From: Aliivibrio fischeri ES114
Lineage (GTDB): Bacteria > Pseudomonadota > Gammaproteobacteria > Enterobacterales > Vibrionaceae
Assembly (NCBI RefSeq): GCF_000011805.1
Contig: NC_006840.2
DNA: 32,000 bases
Strand: one strand, 5' to 3'
The stretch's first letter is position 1; every line of letters starts with the position of its first letter. Under the pieces are notes generated by a model. That model ran no database searches. It was given only the letters and a program-made list of their open reading frames with translations, and was not told the DNA's origin. The position numbers and the translations under genes are program-made. Below are positions 1 to 9,511 of the stretch, one piece after another.

Positions 1-1
1 T

Positions 2-262
2 GAAGCAGTTCGTTCACAACTTAACTTCCAAAACAATGATGAGCTAGTAAACCAAAACACAGCAATTCAGTTTGGTAAAATGGTTGGTGCTCAATACATG
101 CTTTACGGCAACCTTTCTAGCATCGTGAAAAATGCAGGCAGCGACAAAGACGTATACTACAAAATGACAATGCGTTTAATGGATTTAGAAACAGGTCTAA
201 TCGAGTGGGCTGATGAAACTGAAATCCGTAAGCAACAAGAGAAAAGCCTACTAGGTTGGTAA
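2..262 (+). CDS. lpoB: Penicillin-binding protein activator LpoB, C-terminal fragment (5' end outside window)
   Basis: Frame 2 is open from base 2 (EAVRSQLNFQNNDELVNQNTAIQFGK, continuing into the listed 60-aa ORF). The tail VGAQYMLYG...MRLMDLETGLIEW resembles the E. coli LpoB C-terminus (VGAHYVLY...MQLMLVQTGEIIW). Linkage to thiK/ycfP/ndh matches E. coli. Followed by a strong hairpin terminator. Confidence 0.75.
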   Translation, partial: EAVRSQLNFQNNDELVNQNTAIQFGKMVGAQYMLYGNLSSIVKNAGSDKDVYYKMTMRLMDLETGLIEWADETEIRKQQEKSLLGW

Positions 263-284
263 TCTCTTAATTACTTAGAATCAT

Positions 285-325
285 AAAAAAGCCCTTCATC
301 TCGTTGAGTGAAGGGCTTTTATTTT
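285..325. terminator. Bidirectional rho-independent terminator between convergent lpoB and MCP genes
   Basis: GCCCTTCA (291-298) pairs with TGAAGGGC (309-316). An A-run lies upstream and TTTTATTTT downstream. Confidence 0.85.
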
Positions 326-341
326 GTGTTGAATATATTAA

Positions 342-2204
342 TTAAGACACTTTGAAGAAGCTGACTTCTGCTTTTAATTCTTCAACTAAGGCAACCATTT
401 CTGTATTTGAGTCAATCGCTTGAGTCACGCCTGATAAGTTGTCGACAACCATGTTTTTAATGTCTTCCACATTATGTGCGATGTTTTGGTTTACGATTGA
501 TTGCTCTTCAGAAGCGGTCGCAACTGATGAGTTAATATCAACAAGCAGAGTTACTTTCTCTGAAATATTGTTGAATGCGTCTTCAATTTTATCCGATATT
601 TTCGCTAAATCGTTGGTTAACTGTAAGTTGTTTTCCATCGCATCAACGGCTCTTGTCGCTTCTGTTTGTAGAGTCGCAATGATCGTTTGAATATTGGCTG
701 TTGAATCTTGTGTTTTAACCGCCAAAGCTCTCACTTCATCTGCAACTACCGCAAAGCCACGTCCTTGCTCACCAGCTCGTGCCGCTTCAATTGCAGCGTT
801 TAGAGCGAGTAGGTTTGTTTGGTCTGAGATATTACCAATAACGTCAACCACTGAGCTGATGTTGTCTGATAGGATTTTTAACTCTTCAATAATGCAAGAT
901 GACTCTTTAACCGATGATGAAACGCGGTCAACGATAGAAGAGGACTCTTGTAACGTTTTTAAGCTATCAGAGGAAAGAACTAATGTTGTGCTCGTCTCTC
1001 CTTCAGCAGATAGTGCATTCGCGGCAATATCGTTTGCTGTGGTAGCCATTTCAGTAATAGCTGCAGCGACTTGATCAATGTGTTGTAGCTCAGATTCAGA
1101 TCGCGTAACGTTATTGTTAGTCACCTCAGAGATTTGTTCTTGATGTTCAGATAGCTTATACATAATGGTGTTTGTTGTTGTCATTACACCAGAAATGCGT
1201 GATTGTAAGCTCTCTAATGATTCTGTGATTAAATCAATTTCGTTTCCTGTTTTAGGAATGGATAGATTAGTAAAATCACCACTCGCCATTAGTTGAATAT
1301 TGCTCACTACATTTGGGATCTGTGAAAGCTCTTTACGAACCACAATAAATTGAGCAAGAGTCAAAACCAAACCAAGAATAACTAAAACACTGATTAACGC
1401 TGTTCGGATATTTTGAGCATTTTCAAAGGTGGTGGTTTGGTTTGTAAATACGTAACCAACAAGTCCATGCGAAAGTGGCAACTTTGTTAAGCTAAAAAAC
1501 TCGTTATCCCCAGCATCAATAAACATTGGTTTGTCTGTCACCCCTTTATATTCTGGTCTAATTTCGAATAAATTCTTATTTAGCCAATCAGGTGAATTAC
1601 TATCAATAGCAACAATATGACCACTCTGAGTTGTTAAAGCGAATTCAATACCACTATCTGGTATTAATACATTCAAGTTAACCCCAACAGCAATAACACC
1701 AACAATTTCATTATTGAATAAAAGCGGAGCACTCGCTGTTATTTCATATATTCCACTGTTAGAAAGGTAAGGTGTTGATATATTAGCTTCTTTTTTATCT
1801 TGCATAATAGAGTTAAACCACTCTCTATTACCTTTGATAGCGTTAAATGTTGGATGCCAACCATTAGCAGCAACAGAGAAAACATCACCATTTAAATTGG
1901 ATAAGATAACATTAGTGTATGTTTTATTTGATTTAACAATATCTTGAATGTTGCCTAAGATAAGCTTTTCGTCAAATGGTTGGTTTGGGTCTAATTCAAT
2001 GGCAGCTGATAATGATTTTATTGAGCCATAAAGTCCATTTATTGCCGCATTAAAATTAGCTTGAGTTACATCAAGTGCAATCTTACTGGCATGCGTCATG
2101 TTGTTTTCTTTGTATGATTTTAAGAAACTTCCTGATGCAACAAGTGTTAAAGCAAGCGTTGTTAATATAACTAAGCAGAAAATTAAAGTTATTTTTTTAA
2201 TCAT
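342..2204 (-). CDS. Methyl-accepting chemotaxis protein with periplasmic double-Cache-like sensor domain
   Basis: 620-aa ORF with an N-terminal TM helix, a ~250-aa periplasmic region, a second TM ([21 protein letters not shown]) and HAMP-like linker. Carries the conserved MCP signalling hairpin [31 protein letters not shown]. Confidence 0.9.
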   Translation of the reverse strand: MIKKITLIFCLVILTTLALTLVASGSFLKSYKENNMTHASKIALDVTQANFNAAINGLYGSIKSLSAAIELDPNQPFDEKLILGNIQDIVKSNKTYTNVILSNLNGDVFSVAANGWHPTFNAIKGNREWFNSIMQDKKEANISTPYLSNSGIYEITASAPLLFNNEIVGVIAVGVNLNVLIPDSGIEFALTTQSGHIVAIDSNSPDWLNKNLFEIRPEYKGVTDKPMFIDAGDNEFFSLTKLPLSHGLVGYVFTNQTTTFENAQNIRTALISVLVILGLVLTLAQFIVVRKELSQIPNVVSNIQLMASGDFTNLSIPKTGNEIDLITESLESLQSRISGVMTTTNTIMYKLSEHQEQISEVTNNNVTRSESELQHIDQVAAAITEMATTANDIAANALSAEGETSTTLVLSSDSLKTLQESSSIVDRVSSSVKESSCIIEELKILSDNISSVVDVIGNISDQTNLLALNAAIEAARAGEQGRGFAVVADEVRALAVKTQDSTANIQTIIATLQTEATRAVDAMENNLQLTNDLAKISDKIEDAFNNISEKVTLLVDINSSVATASEEQSIVNQNIAHNVEDIKNMVVDNLSGVTQAIDSNTEMVALVEELKAEVSFFKVS

Positions 2205-2606
2205 TTTTTGAAGGTTAATAATGGTTATAGATTGCGCACATTACACTGCTATTTTATGGTTTGAAATTAAAATTTTCGCTCATTTAAAAGGTTTTATAAT
2301 TATTTATAAATGGGTTTTCTTAATGCTTTTTTATATATAAAAAGAAGAAAATAAGACGGCGCTATTTGTTTGGTTTTTATAATTATTTAACTCTAATTTA
2401 TTGTTGTTTAATGGTTTATTTTTTATGGCGCTCGGTTCTTATTTAAGCAGACTAATGCTAGATAAGATAAAAAATAATACCGGCAAGTTTTCGGTTTTCT
2501 TATGTTAGTAAGGGATCTTTATGTAATGGCATTTATTTTCAATCAACGCTTGGGTATTTGTGCTGAAAGGAGTATAACTACATCACATCTATCAAATGAG
2601 AGAAAA

Positions 2607-2948
2607 ATGATGAAACTGAATAAGTTAGAAAACAAAAATCGTCGTATTCGTAAAAAACTGTACTTAGGTGAGTTTGCGATTCTTGGTTTCGAGGTGAGCT
2701 GTGCTACCGAGTTTAAAGATTTCGATCAATATGATGCATTCGTAGATGAGTTTATCGATTACATTAACAGTATTGACCTATGCTTTGGTGGCGGTGGCCT
2801 TGAGTTATTTGAAGGCTTTATTTGTTCAACAGAGCGTTACCGTTCAGTAACAGAAGAAGAGCAATTAGCGGTAGCAAACTGGTTGGACGCTCGTTCAGAA
2901 GTGAAGAAAGTCGAAGTGAGCGATTTAGTTGATGCTAACTATCTATAA
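2607..2948 (+). CDS. yggL: YggL family (DUF469) 50S ribosome-binding protein
   Basis: NRRIRKKLYLGEFAILGFEV...CFGGGG aligns with E. coli YggL (NRSRRLRKKMHIDEFQELGFSV...AFDGSG). The ORF-track start at 2502 is trimmed to ATG 2607 (MMKLNKLENKNRRIRKK), which matches the homolog N-terminus. Confidence 0.85.
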   Translation: MMKLNKLENKNRRIRKKLYLGEFAILGFEVSCATEFKDFDQYDAFVDEFIDYINSIDLCFGGGGLELFEGFICSTERYRSVTEEEQLAVANWLDARSEVKKVEVSDLVDANYL

Positions 2949-2972
2949 TTTTGATTCTCAATAAATCAGAAT

Positions 2973-3003
2973 AAAAAAATCCGCCGATAATGGCGGATTT
3001 TTT
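2973..3003. terminator. Bidirectional rho-independent terminator (yggL / methyltransferase)
   Basis: AAAAAATCCGCC (2974-2985) pairs with GGCGGATTTTTT (2992-3003), loop GATAAT. Confidence 0.9.
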
Positions 3004-3010
3004 ATGAGTG

Positions 3011-3754
3011 CTATTTTTTCACACATACCACGATGGCATTGCCTGATGAGGCTTCAAGTGGAGTGATCTTTTCATAGTCATGTTCAAACATATGAACGTC
3101 AAAGTACGGCTCTAACAAGGCTGTTAGCTGGTTAAAGTCAACGGCAACCATTGGGTGTTTGTCATCCCAAATTTCGGTTACACCATCTGTTGTCTTTTCT
3201 ATTTTCAGCAATAAGTGCTGTTGCTCACCCTCGCCGCAATAGTTCCAACCTGATTGGAAGCTAAATTGACTGCCTTCATGTTCTGCAGCGTGTTTTACAA
3301 ATGAACGATTGTCGATTTTGTTTTTAGCTACAGAGTTAAAACAAAGCACACCTTCAGGCTTTAATGCGGCATGAGCACTTGCAATACATTCACTCAGTTT
3401 TTCTATATTCGCATTGTAATGAATGGAATAAAGAAAACAGGTGATTAAATCCAATGATTCTTCAACCTTGAAATTACTCATGTCATGCAAAATAAAATTC
3501 GCATCAGGGTTACGCTGTTTAGCAATATCAAGCATAGGTTGGTTAATGTCTAAACCACTTGCTTGGTAGCCATAATTAATAAAATGATGAACATGTGGCC
3601 CTGTACCACACGCTAAGTCAAGATAATCTCTTCCTTGATTACCAAAGATTTGGTGTATACGACGTACAAAATTACTTTGTGATTGATAATCAATGTCAGC
3701 ACACATTAAATCGTAATAGCCAGATAAATCAGTATATAAAGCGTTAGAGGACAT
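3011..3754 (-). CDS. Class I SAM-dependent methyltransferase (TylM1/DesVI-like layout), substrate unknown
   Basis: 247-aa ORF with SAM-binding motif YLDLACGTGPH, then GLDINQPML and HDMSNF acidic loops. N-terminal YYDLM...DY and the dimerisation-like C-terminal half resemble sugar N-methyltransferase-type enzymes. Confidence 0.8.
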   Translation of the reverse strand: MSSNALYTDLSGYYDLMCADIDYQSQSNFVRRIHQIFGNQGRDYLDLACGTGPHVHHFINYGYQASGLDINQPMLDIAKQRNPDANFILHDMSNFKVEESLDLITCFLYSIHYNANIEKLSECIASAHAALKPEGVLCFNSVAKNKIDNRSFVKHAAEHEGSQFSFQSGWNYCGEGEQQHLLLKIEKTTDGVTEIWDDKHPMVAVDFNQLTALLEPYFDVHMFEHDYEKITPLEASSGNAIVVCVKK

Positions 3755-4036
3755 TTTAACCTATCCATTACAACACCAGTCTACTTTAAGTGTTTGATTA
3801 ACTGCTTATTTTGAGAGGTATAAAAGAAAAACGTCTTATAAGGAATGACAAAGCGTTAAGCCTGAAGAGACGCGTAGGGCGCGGATAATAATTCAATTTG
3901 TATTGTTTGAATAGATAAAGTTATTCAATTTTGAAAATGATTTTTTTCGGTGTCTTTTGGTCTTTTTTAAACTCAATGTCACTCTGTGTTAGACTGCGTG
4001 AAAGCTTATTCTAATGCACTGATATAACGAGATTTT

Positions 4037-4873
4037 ATGGATAAACAATTTAAAGGTTTTGGTTTAACTATTTCCCATGTTTCTGCTTTAAGTGGTGGAT
4101 TAACCAATGCGTGTTTAAAAGTTGAAGCAAAAGAAGGCTCGTTTGTGTGGCGTCCAATATCCTTGCAGGCAAAGATTCTAGGAGCGGATAGAGCGAAAGA
4201 ACATGAGATTCTACAAGCGTTATCTGATGAATCCTTTTCTCCGAATGTATATGGAGAAAATGAAGAGGGGATATTAGTTGAGTGGCTTGAAGGTGAGGTT
4301 ATTGCGCTTGATAAAGCTCAAGATGTCGCTGTTGATTTATTGTGTTCGGTTCATCAAATTTCATTAGATAAGTTAAGTGAACAAATAAAAAATAAGCCGA
4401 TGAGTTTAAAAGATCGAATTATTGATTATTGGAATTCAATTACGCCAGAAAATCAAACACCAGAGATGGAAGCGTATTTTGAGTATTTCTCACAGCAAGA
4501 TGAGCAAGCTTTCTTCTCTCATTGCTTATGCCATTACGATATTGGTGCATATAATATTGTTGTTAAAGAGGATGGCTATGGTCTCATTGATTGGGAATAC
4601 GCTTCGATGGGTGACCCAAGCCAAGACCTCACATCTATGATTATTGCTAACCAATTTGATATGGATGATGTTATTTCATTGTATTGTCAAAAACGTCGTT
4701 TAAATATTGATGAGTGGAAGCGGGCGGTGATTCACTGGACCCCGTGGGTGACTTTTATGGGGGCGTTGTGGTTCTCATTAGGTTATCAATTACTCAAAAA
4801 CACATGCTATCAAGAGTTAGCAGAACGAGAAATGTGTAAATTAATAAAATTACTTCCATCAATTCATAAATAA
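4037..4873 (+). CDS. thiK: Thiamine kinase-like phosphotransferase (APH/choline kinase fold)
   Basis: Catalytic-loop HYDIGAYNIV and LIDWEYASMGDPSQDL match E. coli ThiK HMDVHAGNLV / LIDWEYAGDGDIALEL. Length is 278 aa versus about 274 aa. Sits between lpoB and ycfP as thiK does in E. coli. Confidence 0.7.
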   Translation: MDKQFKGFGLTISHVSALSGGLTNACLKVEAKEGSFVWRPISLQAKILGADRAKEHEILQALSDESFSPNVYGENEEGILVEWLEGEVIALDKAQDVAVDLLCSVHQISLDKLSEQIKNKPMSLKDRIIDYWNSITPENQTPEMEAYFEYFSQQDEQAFFSHCLCHYDIGAYNIVVKEDGYGLIDWEYASMGDPSQDLTSMIIANQFDMDDVISLYCQKRRLNIDEWKRAVIHWTPWVTFMGALWFSLGYQLLKNTCYQELAEREMCKLIKLLPSIHK

Positions 4874-4999
4874 ATTGGCAATAATCTAGTGTAGATCACT
4901 GTTCTCAGTATTGCTTCAGTTAAGAGATTTAAAAGCACAGTTTTCGTGGTAGATTAAATTCACTTATATGGAAAACTCTTATACCGAACAGGGGGAAAC

Positions 5000-5551
5000 A
5001 TGATTATTTATCTTCACGGCTTTGACTCAACTAGCCCAGGTAATCATGAGAAAGTAGTTCAACTTCAATTTATTGATGAAGATGTCCGTTTTATTAACTA
5101 CAGTACACTGCATCCAAAGCATGATATGCAGCATTTGCTTAAAGAAGTGTATAAAGTGATAGAGCAAGCTGGTGATCCAAACCCTATTATTTGTGGTGTG
5201 GGCTTAGGTGGTTTTTGGGCTGAGCGCATTGGTTTCCTATGTGGTATTCGTCAAGTGATTTTTAATCCTAACCTGCATCCAGAAGTTAATATGGAAGGTC
5301 GTATTGATCGCCCAGAAGAGTATGCTGACATTGCAACTAAGTGTGTAGAAAAGTTCAGAGAGAAGAATAAAGCAAACTGTTTGTGTATTTTATCTAAAAA
5401 TGATGAAATTCGTGATAACAGCGACACTGCTGCAGAGCTTGAACCTTATTATCAAATTGTTTGGGATGAAAAGGAAACACACAAATTTAAGAAGATCTCA
5501 CAGCATCTTCAAGCGATGAAGTCATTTAAAGAAGCGGAAACTCTCATTTAA
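5000..5551 (+). CDS. ycfP: YcfP family (UPF0227) alpha/beta-hydrolase-like esterase
   Basis: N-terminus [26 protein letters not shown] is nearly identical to E. coli Ycf[36 protein letters not shown] lies 5 nt upstream. Confidence 0.88.
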   Translation: MIIYLHGFDSTSPGNHEKVVQLQFIDEDVRFINYSTLHPKHDMQHLLKEVYKVIEQAGDPNPIICGVGLGGFWAERIGFLCGIRQVIFNPNLHPEVNMEGRIDRPEEYADIATKCVEKFREKNKANCLCILSKNDEIRDNSDTAAELEPYYQIVWDEKETHKFKKISQHLQAMKSFKEAETLI

Positions 5552-5582
5552 ACAACCGTCTCTTTACCCTAATGAAACATAA

Positions 5583-5611
5583 TAAAAACTTCACATTATC
5601 GTGAGGTTTTT
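5583..5611 (+). terminator. Probable rho-independent terminator after ycfP
   Basis: CTTCAC (5588-5593) pairs with GTGAGG (5600-5605), including one G-U pair, followed by a T6 run. The stem is short. Confidence 0.45.
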
Positions 5612-5711
5612 TGATCTAAACCAAAGAATTAAAATAATGTTACATTTCCTTTCAATTACATCAATTAATTTACACCTCTAAAAAAATCTTCTTCATAACA
5701 TCTATATCTGC

Positions 5712-5741
5712 TTGATAACATCTGAAATACAGATATATAAT
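5712..5741 (+). promoter_or_regulatory. Candidate sigma70 promoter upstream of ndh
   Basis: TTGATA (5712-5717), an 18-nt spacer, then TATAAT (5736-5741). This would give a ~170-nt leader before ATG 5915. Based on sequence match only. Confidence 0.35.
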
Positions 5742-5914
5742 GCGAAAAACAACAAAAAGAAGCATATATTGCTCAACTTTGCGTAACGTGAACGCTGTTT
5801 CCTCAAGACTTACTCATTTCAGACAATCTAGATATTGCATTGTGAGGTAAGCACAAATTTTTTAATTCGAATGTGCGGGTTAAAACCTTTTTTATTTTTT
5901 AGAGGATAATTGTA

Positions 5915-7204
5915 ATGACTAAAATTGTTATTGTTGGTGGTGGAGCTGGTGGTTTAGAGCTCGCTACAAAATTTGGTCGTACATTAGGTCGCAAGGGCCG
6001 TGCTGAAGTTACATTAGTAGATCGTAAAGCAAGTCACTTATGGAAACCATTACTACACGAAGTAGCAACGGGCTCACTGGACGAAGGTGTTGATGCTATC
6101 AGCTACCGTGCACATGCAAAAAATCACTCTTTCGAATTTCAAATGGGTAGCTTGTGCGATATTAATCGTGAGAAGAAGTTTATTACTCTTGCAGAAATTA
6201 AAGACGAACATGGCGATTTAATTATTCCTACTCGTCACATTGATTATGATTACCTAATTCTTGCAATTGGTTCTACATCAAATGATTTCAATACTCCGGG
6301 TGTTCGTGAAAATTGTATTTTCCTTGATAGCCCAGAGCAAGCACACCGTTTCCGTACAGAAATGAATAACCAGTTCTTGAAACTGCACGCACATCCAACT
6401 CAAAAGACGGTTGATATTGCGATTGTTGGTGCTGGTGCAACGGGTGTTGAATTATCAGCTGAGCTTCATAACGCAGTTAAAGAACTTCGTTCATACGGTT
6501 TTGGTGATTTAGATTCGGCAAAACTGAATGTGAACTTGGTAGAAGCGGGTGAGCGTATTCTTCCTGCATTACCTCCTCGTATTTCATCTGCTGCACACAG
6601 CGAGTTAACTAAGCTGGGTGTGAATGTTCGTACAGCAACAATGGTAACAAAAGCGGATTCAGAAGGTCTTCATACGAAAGATGGCGATGTGATCCCTGCG
6701 CAAATCATGGTTTGGGCTGCTGGTATTAAAGCGCCTGATTTTATGAAAGACATTGCAGGTCTTGAAACTAACCGCATTAATCAGTTAGTTGTTAAGCCGA
6801 CACTGCAAACTACGCGTGATGATGATATTTTTGTTATTGGTGATTTAGCTTCGTGCGAAAAAGCAGACGGTGGTTTTGTTCCACCTCGTGCACAAGCAGC
6901 ACACCAAATGGCAAGTCATGCGTTTAAAAACATCGTAGCCAAGATGCGAAACCAAGAAATGAAACCTTATGTGTATAAAGATCATGGTTCGTTAGTTTCT
7001 TTAAGTAACTTCTCAACAGTAGGTAGCTTAATGGGCAACTTAACCAAAGGTTCTATGATGGTTGAAGGTCGTATAGCTCGTGTTGTTTACATCTCACTGT
7101 ATCGTATGCACCAAATTGCACTTCATGGCGTATTTAAGACGGCATTAATGATGCTTGTTGGTCGTATTAACCGTGTATTACGTCCAAACTTGAAGCTACA
7201 TTAA
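5915..7204 (+). CDS. ndh: Type II NADH:quinone oxidoreductase (NDH-2)
   Basis: 429 aa with two dinucleotide-binding motifs ([12 protein letters not shown]; [12 protein letters not shown]). Similar throughout to E. coli Ndh and follows ycfP as in E. coli. RBS GAGGA. Confidence 0.92.
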   Translation: MTKIVIVGGGAGGLELATKFGRTLGRKGRAEVTLVDRKASHLWKPLLHEVATGSLDEGVDAISYRAHAKNHSFEFQMGSLCDINREKKFITLAEIKDEHGDLIIPTRHIDYDYLILAIGSTSNDFNTPGVRENCIFLDSPEQAHRFRTEMNNQFLKLHAHPTQKTVDIAIVGAGATGVELSAELHNAVKELRSYGFGDLDSAKLNVNLVEAGERILPALPPRISSAAHSELTKLGVNVRTATMVTKADSEGLHTKDGDVIPAQIMVWAAGIKAPDFMKDIAGLETNRINQLVVKPTLQTTRDDDIFVIGDLASCEKADGGFVPPRAQAAHQMASHAFKNIVAKMRNQEMKPYVYKDHGSLVSLSNFSTVGSLMGNLTKGSMMVEGRIARVVYISLYRMHQIALHGVFKTALMMLVGRINRVLRPNLKLH

Positions 7205-7230
7205 TCCAATAGATAAACATAAATAGATTT

Positions 7231-7266
7231 AAAAGCAGAAATACTCCGGTGTTTCTGCTTTTTTTG
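7231..7266 (+). terminator. Rho-independent terminator after ndh
   Basis: GCAGAAA (7235-7241) pairs with TTTCTGC (7252-7258), followed by a T7 run. Confidence 0.85.
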
Positions 7267-7370
7267 TACCTAAATATGAAAAAATGTGCGCTAACTCACC
7301 GTAAATCATCTATAATGCGCGGCTAAATTAATAATGAATACATAGACTGTTTGCTTAAGGAATCCACTTT

Positions 7371-8666
7371 ATGTCATTTTCATCTCAAGGTTTTGCACCT
7401 GAAATCGTAAAAGCATTAACTGAATGTGGTTATCAAAAACTGACCCCAATTCAACAAAAGGCTATTCCTTTAGCACGTAAAGGTCATGATATTCTGGCGA
7501 ATGCTCAAACGGGTACAGGTAAAACTGCTGCGTTTGCATTACCAGTTATTCAACAATTATTAGATTCTAAGAAATCAGCAACTCGTCGTACTGCACGAGC
7601 GTTGATCCTTGCTCCAACTCGTGAGCTAGCAGAGCAAATCGCAGTAAATATTGCTGATTACATTAAATACACATCATTGACAGTAACTTCTGTGTTTGGT
7701 GGTAAAAAAATGTCATCTCAAGAGCGTGCTCTAGAGCCGGGTGTTGATATTTTGGTGGCAACCCCGGGTCGTCTTCAAGAGCACATCGAAGAAGAAAACG
7801 TATCTATCGCTAACCTTGAATTTTTGGTTTTTGATGAAGCAGATCGTATGTTAGATATGGGCTTTGTTAATGCGATCCGTAATATCATGATGGAAGTAAA
7901 TACGTCTCCACAAATCATGCTGTTCTCGGCAACGTCTTCTGCTCAAATGAACAAGCTAGCGAGTGATATCTTACGTAAACCAAAACGTATCTCAGTTGAT
8001 CCTGAAAACACAACTGCATCAACCATTGCACACGTTGTTTACCCAGTAGATGAAGAGCGTAAAACAGAGCTTCTTTCTGAGCTGATTGGTCGTAAAAATT
8101 GGCAACAAGTGCTGGTGTTTGTGAACTACAAAGAAACAGCAAATGAGATCGTAAAAGAATTAAAACTGGACGGTATTAAAGCGGTTCTTTGTCATGGTGA
8201 TAAAGCACAGAGTGCTCGTCGTCGTGCATTAGAAGAGTTTAAAGAAGGCAAAGCACGCGTTATGGTTGCTACGGATGTTGCAGCTCGTGGTCTTGATATT
8301 GCTGATTTACCTCATGTGATTAACTATGACATGCCTTTCTTAGCCGAAGATTATGTTCACCGTATTGGCCGTACAGGCCGTGCTGGTAAAAAAGGTCATG
8401 CAGTTTCGTTTGTTAGCCGTGAAGAAGAGCTAACTGTGGTTCAAGTTGAAACATTGATTCAACAGCGTATTCGCCGTGTTGAACAACCGGGTTATGAGCC
8501 TAAGAACCGTGATGCTTACATTGATAAAGTAAACACGAAATCGGCATTTAAAAATCGTAAAGGTCGTACAAACAATCCAAATGAAGATCAATCTTCAGCT
8601 GAGCGTCGTATGCGTTTGAAGAATGTGATTCAAAATAAAGCACGCATTACTAAATTGAAGAAGTAG
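7371..8666 (+). CDS. rhlE: ATP-dependent DEAD-box RNA helicase, RhlE family
   Basis: Q motif (GYQKLTPIQ), motif I AQTGTGKT, Ia PTRELA, Ib TPGRL, II DEAD, III SAT, VI HRIGRTGRAG. Basic Lys/Arg-rich C-terminal tail. N-terminus parallels E. coli RhlE. Confidence 0.9.
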   Translation: MSFSSQGFAPEIVKALTECGYQKLTPIQQKAIPLARKGHDILANAQTGTGKTAAFALPVIQQLLDSKKSATRRTARALILAPTRELAEQIAVNIADYIKYTSLTVTSVFGGKKMSSQERALEPGVDILVATPGRLQEHIEEENVSIANLEFLVFDEADRMLDMGFVNAIRNIMMEVNTSPQIMLFSATSSAQMNKLASDILRKPKRISVDPENTTASTIAHVVYPVDEERKTELLSELIGRKNWQQVLVFVNYKETANEIVKELKLDGIKAVLCHGDKAQSARRRALEEFKEGKARVMVATDVAARGLDIADLPHVINYDMPFLAEDYVHRIGRTGRAGKKGHAVSFVSREEELTVVQVETLIQQRIRRVEQPGYEPKNRDAYIDKVNTKSAFKNRKGRTNNPNEDQSSAERRMRLKNVIQNKARITKLKK

Positions 8667-8675
8667 GGCTGAATT

Positions 8676-9122
8676 ATGCAACGTGATTATACTTTTTCTT
8701 GTTTGGTAACTATGCCACGTCATGAGCTAGAAGAATTTAGCCACCGTGTCGTTAGCCGTATGGTTCCAGAAGAGACGATGCAAGAGATCTTTACGTTTGA
8801 TCAAGAAGAAACGACTGATCAAGATCGCATGCAAACAGCGCAATTAGATGCGATGCTACGTCTTTCTGCTGTAGCGCTTGGTGAAGTGACACACGCTTTT
8901 TCTGAATCTGAAAATGCACAACAAAATAGCTTACGCATGATGCGCCTTATCTTATGGCACACTTATGCAATGCTATTTAATTTAGAAGAAGCGGTATCTT
9001 TAGAGCAGCACTGTGAGCTGGTTGAGAAAATCTTAGCTAAACCACCAACCGATGCATTAAATTGGTTACCTGTATTATCTAAATTATTAAGTGACTATGC
9101 GGCGATTGCTGCGAAAAAATAA
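8676..9122 (+). CDS. Hypothetical acidic, probably all-helical protein, tightly coupled to the helicase gene
   Basis: 148-aa ORF starting 9 nt after the helicase stop, with a purine-rich TAGGGC 8 nt upstream of its ATG. Its own hairpin terminator follows. I recognise no motif. Confidence 0.6.
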   Translation: MQRDYTFSCLVTMPRHELEEFSHRVVSRMVPEETMQEIFTFDQEETTDQDRMQTAQLDAMLRLSAVALGEVTHAFSESENAQQNSLRMMRLILWHTYAMLFNLEEAVSLEQHCELVEKILAKPPTDALNWLPVLSKLLSDYAAIAAKK

Positions 9123-9146
9123 GTGATTTAATAGCACTAAACGAAA

Positions 9147-9177
9147 GGTTGAACGCGAAATCGTTCGGCCTTTTTTT
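9147..9177 (+). terminator. Rho-independent terminator after helicase operon
   Basis: GGTTGAACG (9147-9155) pairs with CGTTCGGCC (9162-9170), including two G-U pairs, followed by a T7 run. Confidence 0.8.
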
Positions 9178-9511
9178 ATATCTAAATAAAAAGTGAATAT
9201 TTTTTCGAATTAACTGTATATGTATTTATATTTCGGAATATATGGTTATTTTAGAATAAAAAATGGCTGAAATTTATCTTTAGAGTCATTTCACATTTAT
9301 AAATCCCCCATACTTTTATTACTTATATTTCCTTTGATGCATCAATCATATTCAATTTAATAAATCACAGAGATATTGTTAGGACTAATTTACCGTGTTA
9401 CATACGTAGTTAATGATTCGAAGAAAGTTGCACGGAGTGCAATGGTCAATAATCGAGAGAATCAGATACTTGATTTGTTGAAATATATAAACATGGAAAG
9501 AAATAATAATT

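Noticed and set aside
439-1074. Two plus-strand ORFs (83 and 126 aa) inside the MCP gene
   Set aside because: They are entirely antisense to a well-supported 620-aa MCP. Their Ala/Ser-rich low-complexity translations are typical of reverse frames of MCP signalling domains. No RBS or terminator is present.
2502-2606. N-terminal extension of yggL proposed by the ORF track (start at 2502)
   Set aside because: The extra 35 residues have no counterpart in YggL homologs as I recall them. The internal ATG at 2607 gives an N-terminus aligning with E. coli YggL. AAGGAG at 2563 is not followed by a canonical start codon at suitable spacing.
4422-4640. 72-aa plus-strand ORF overlapping thiK in another frame
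   Set aside because: It is nested in the thiK-like CDS, has a basic low-complexity translation, and has no independent signals.
5610-5623. FNR/CRP-like half-palindrome TTGAT-CTAA-ACCAA upstream of ndh
   Set aside because: The second half-site is imperfect, the site overlaps the ycfP terminator T-run, and it lies ~290 nt from the ndh ATG (about -130 relative to the best promoter candidate). That is too weak to call.
7915-8142. 75-aa minus-strand ORF inside the helicase gene
   Set aside because: It is antisense to a CDS carrying the full set of DEAD-box motifs, and nothing supports it.
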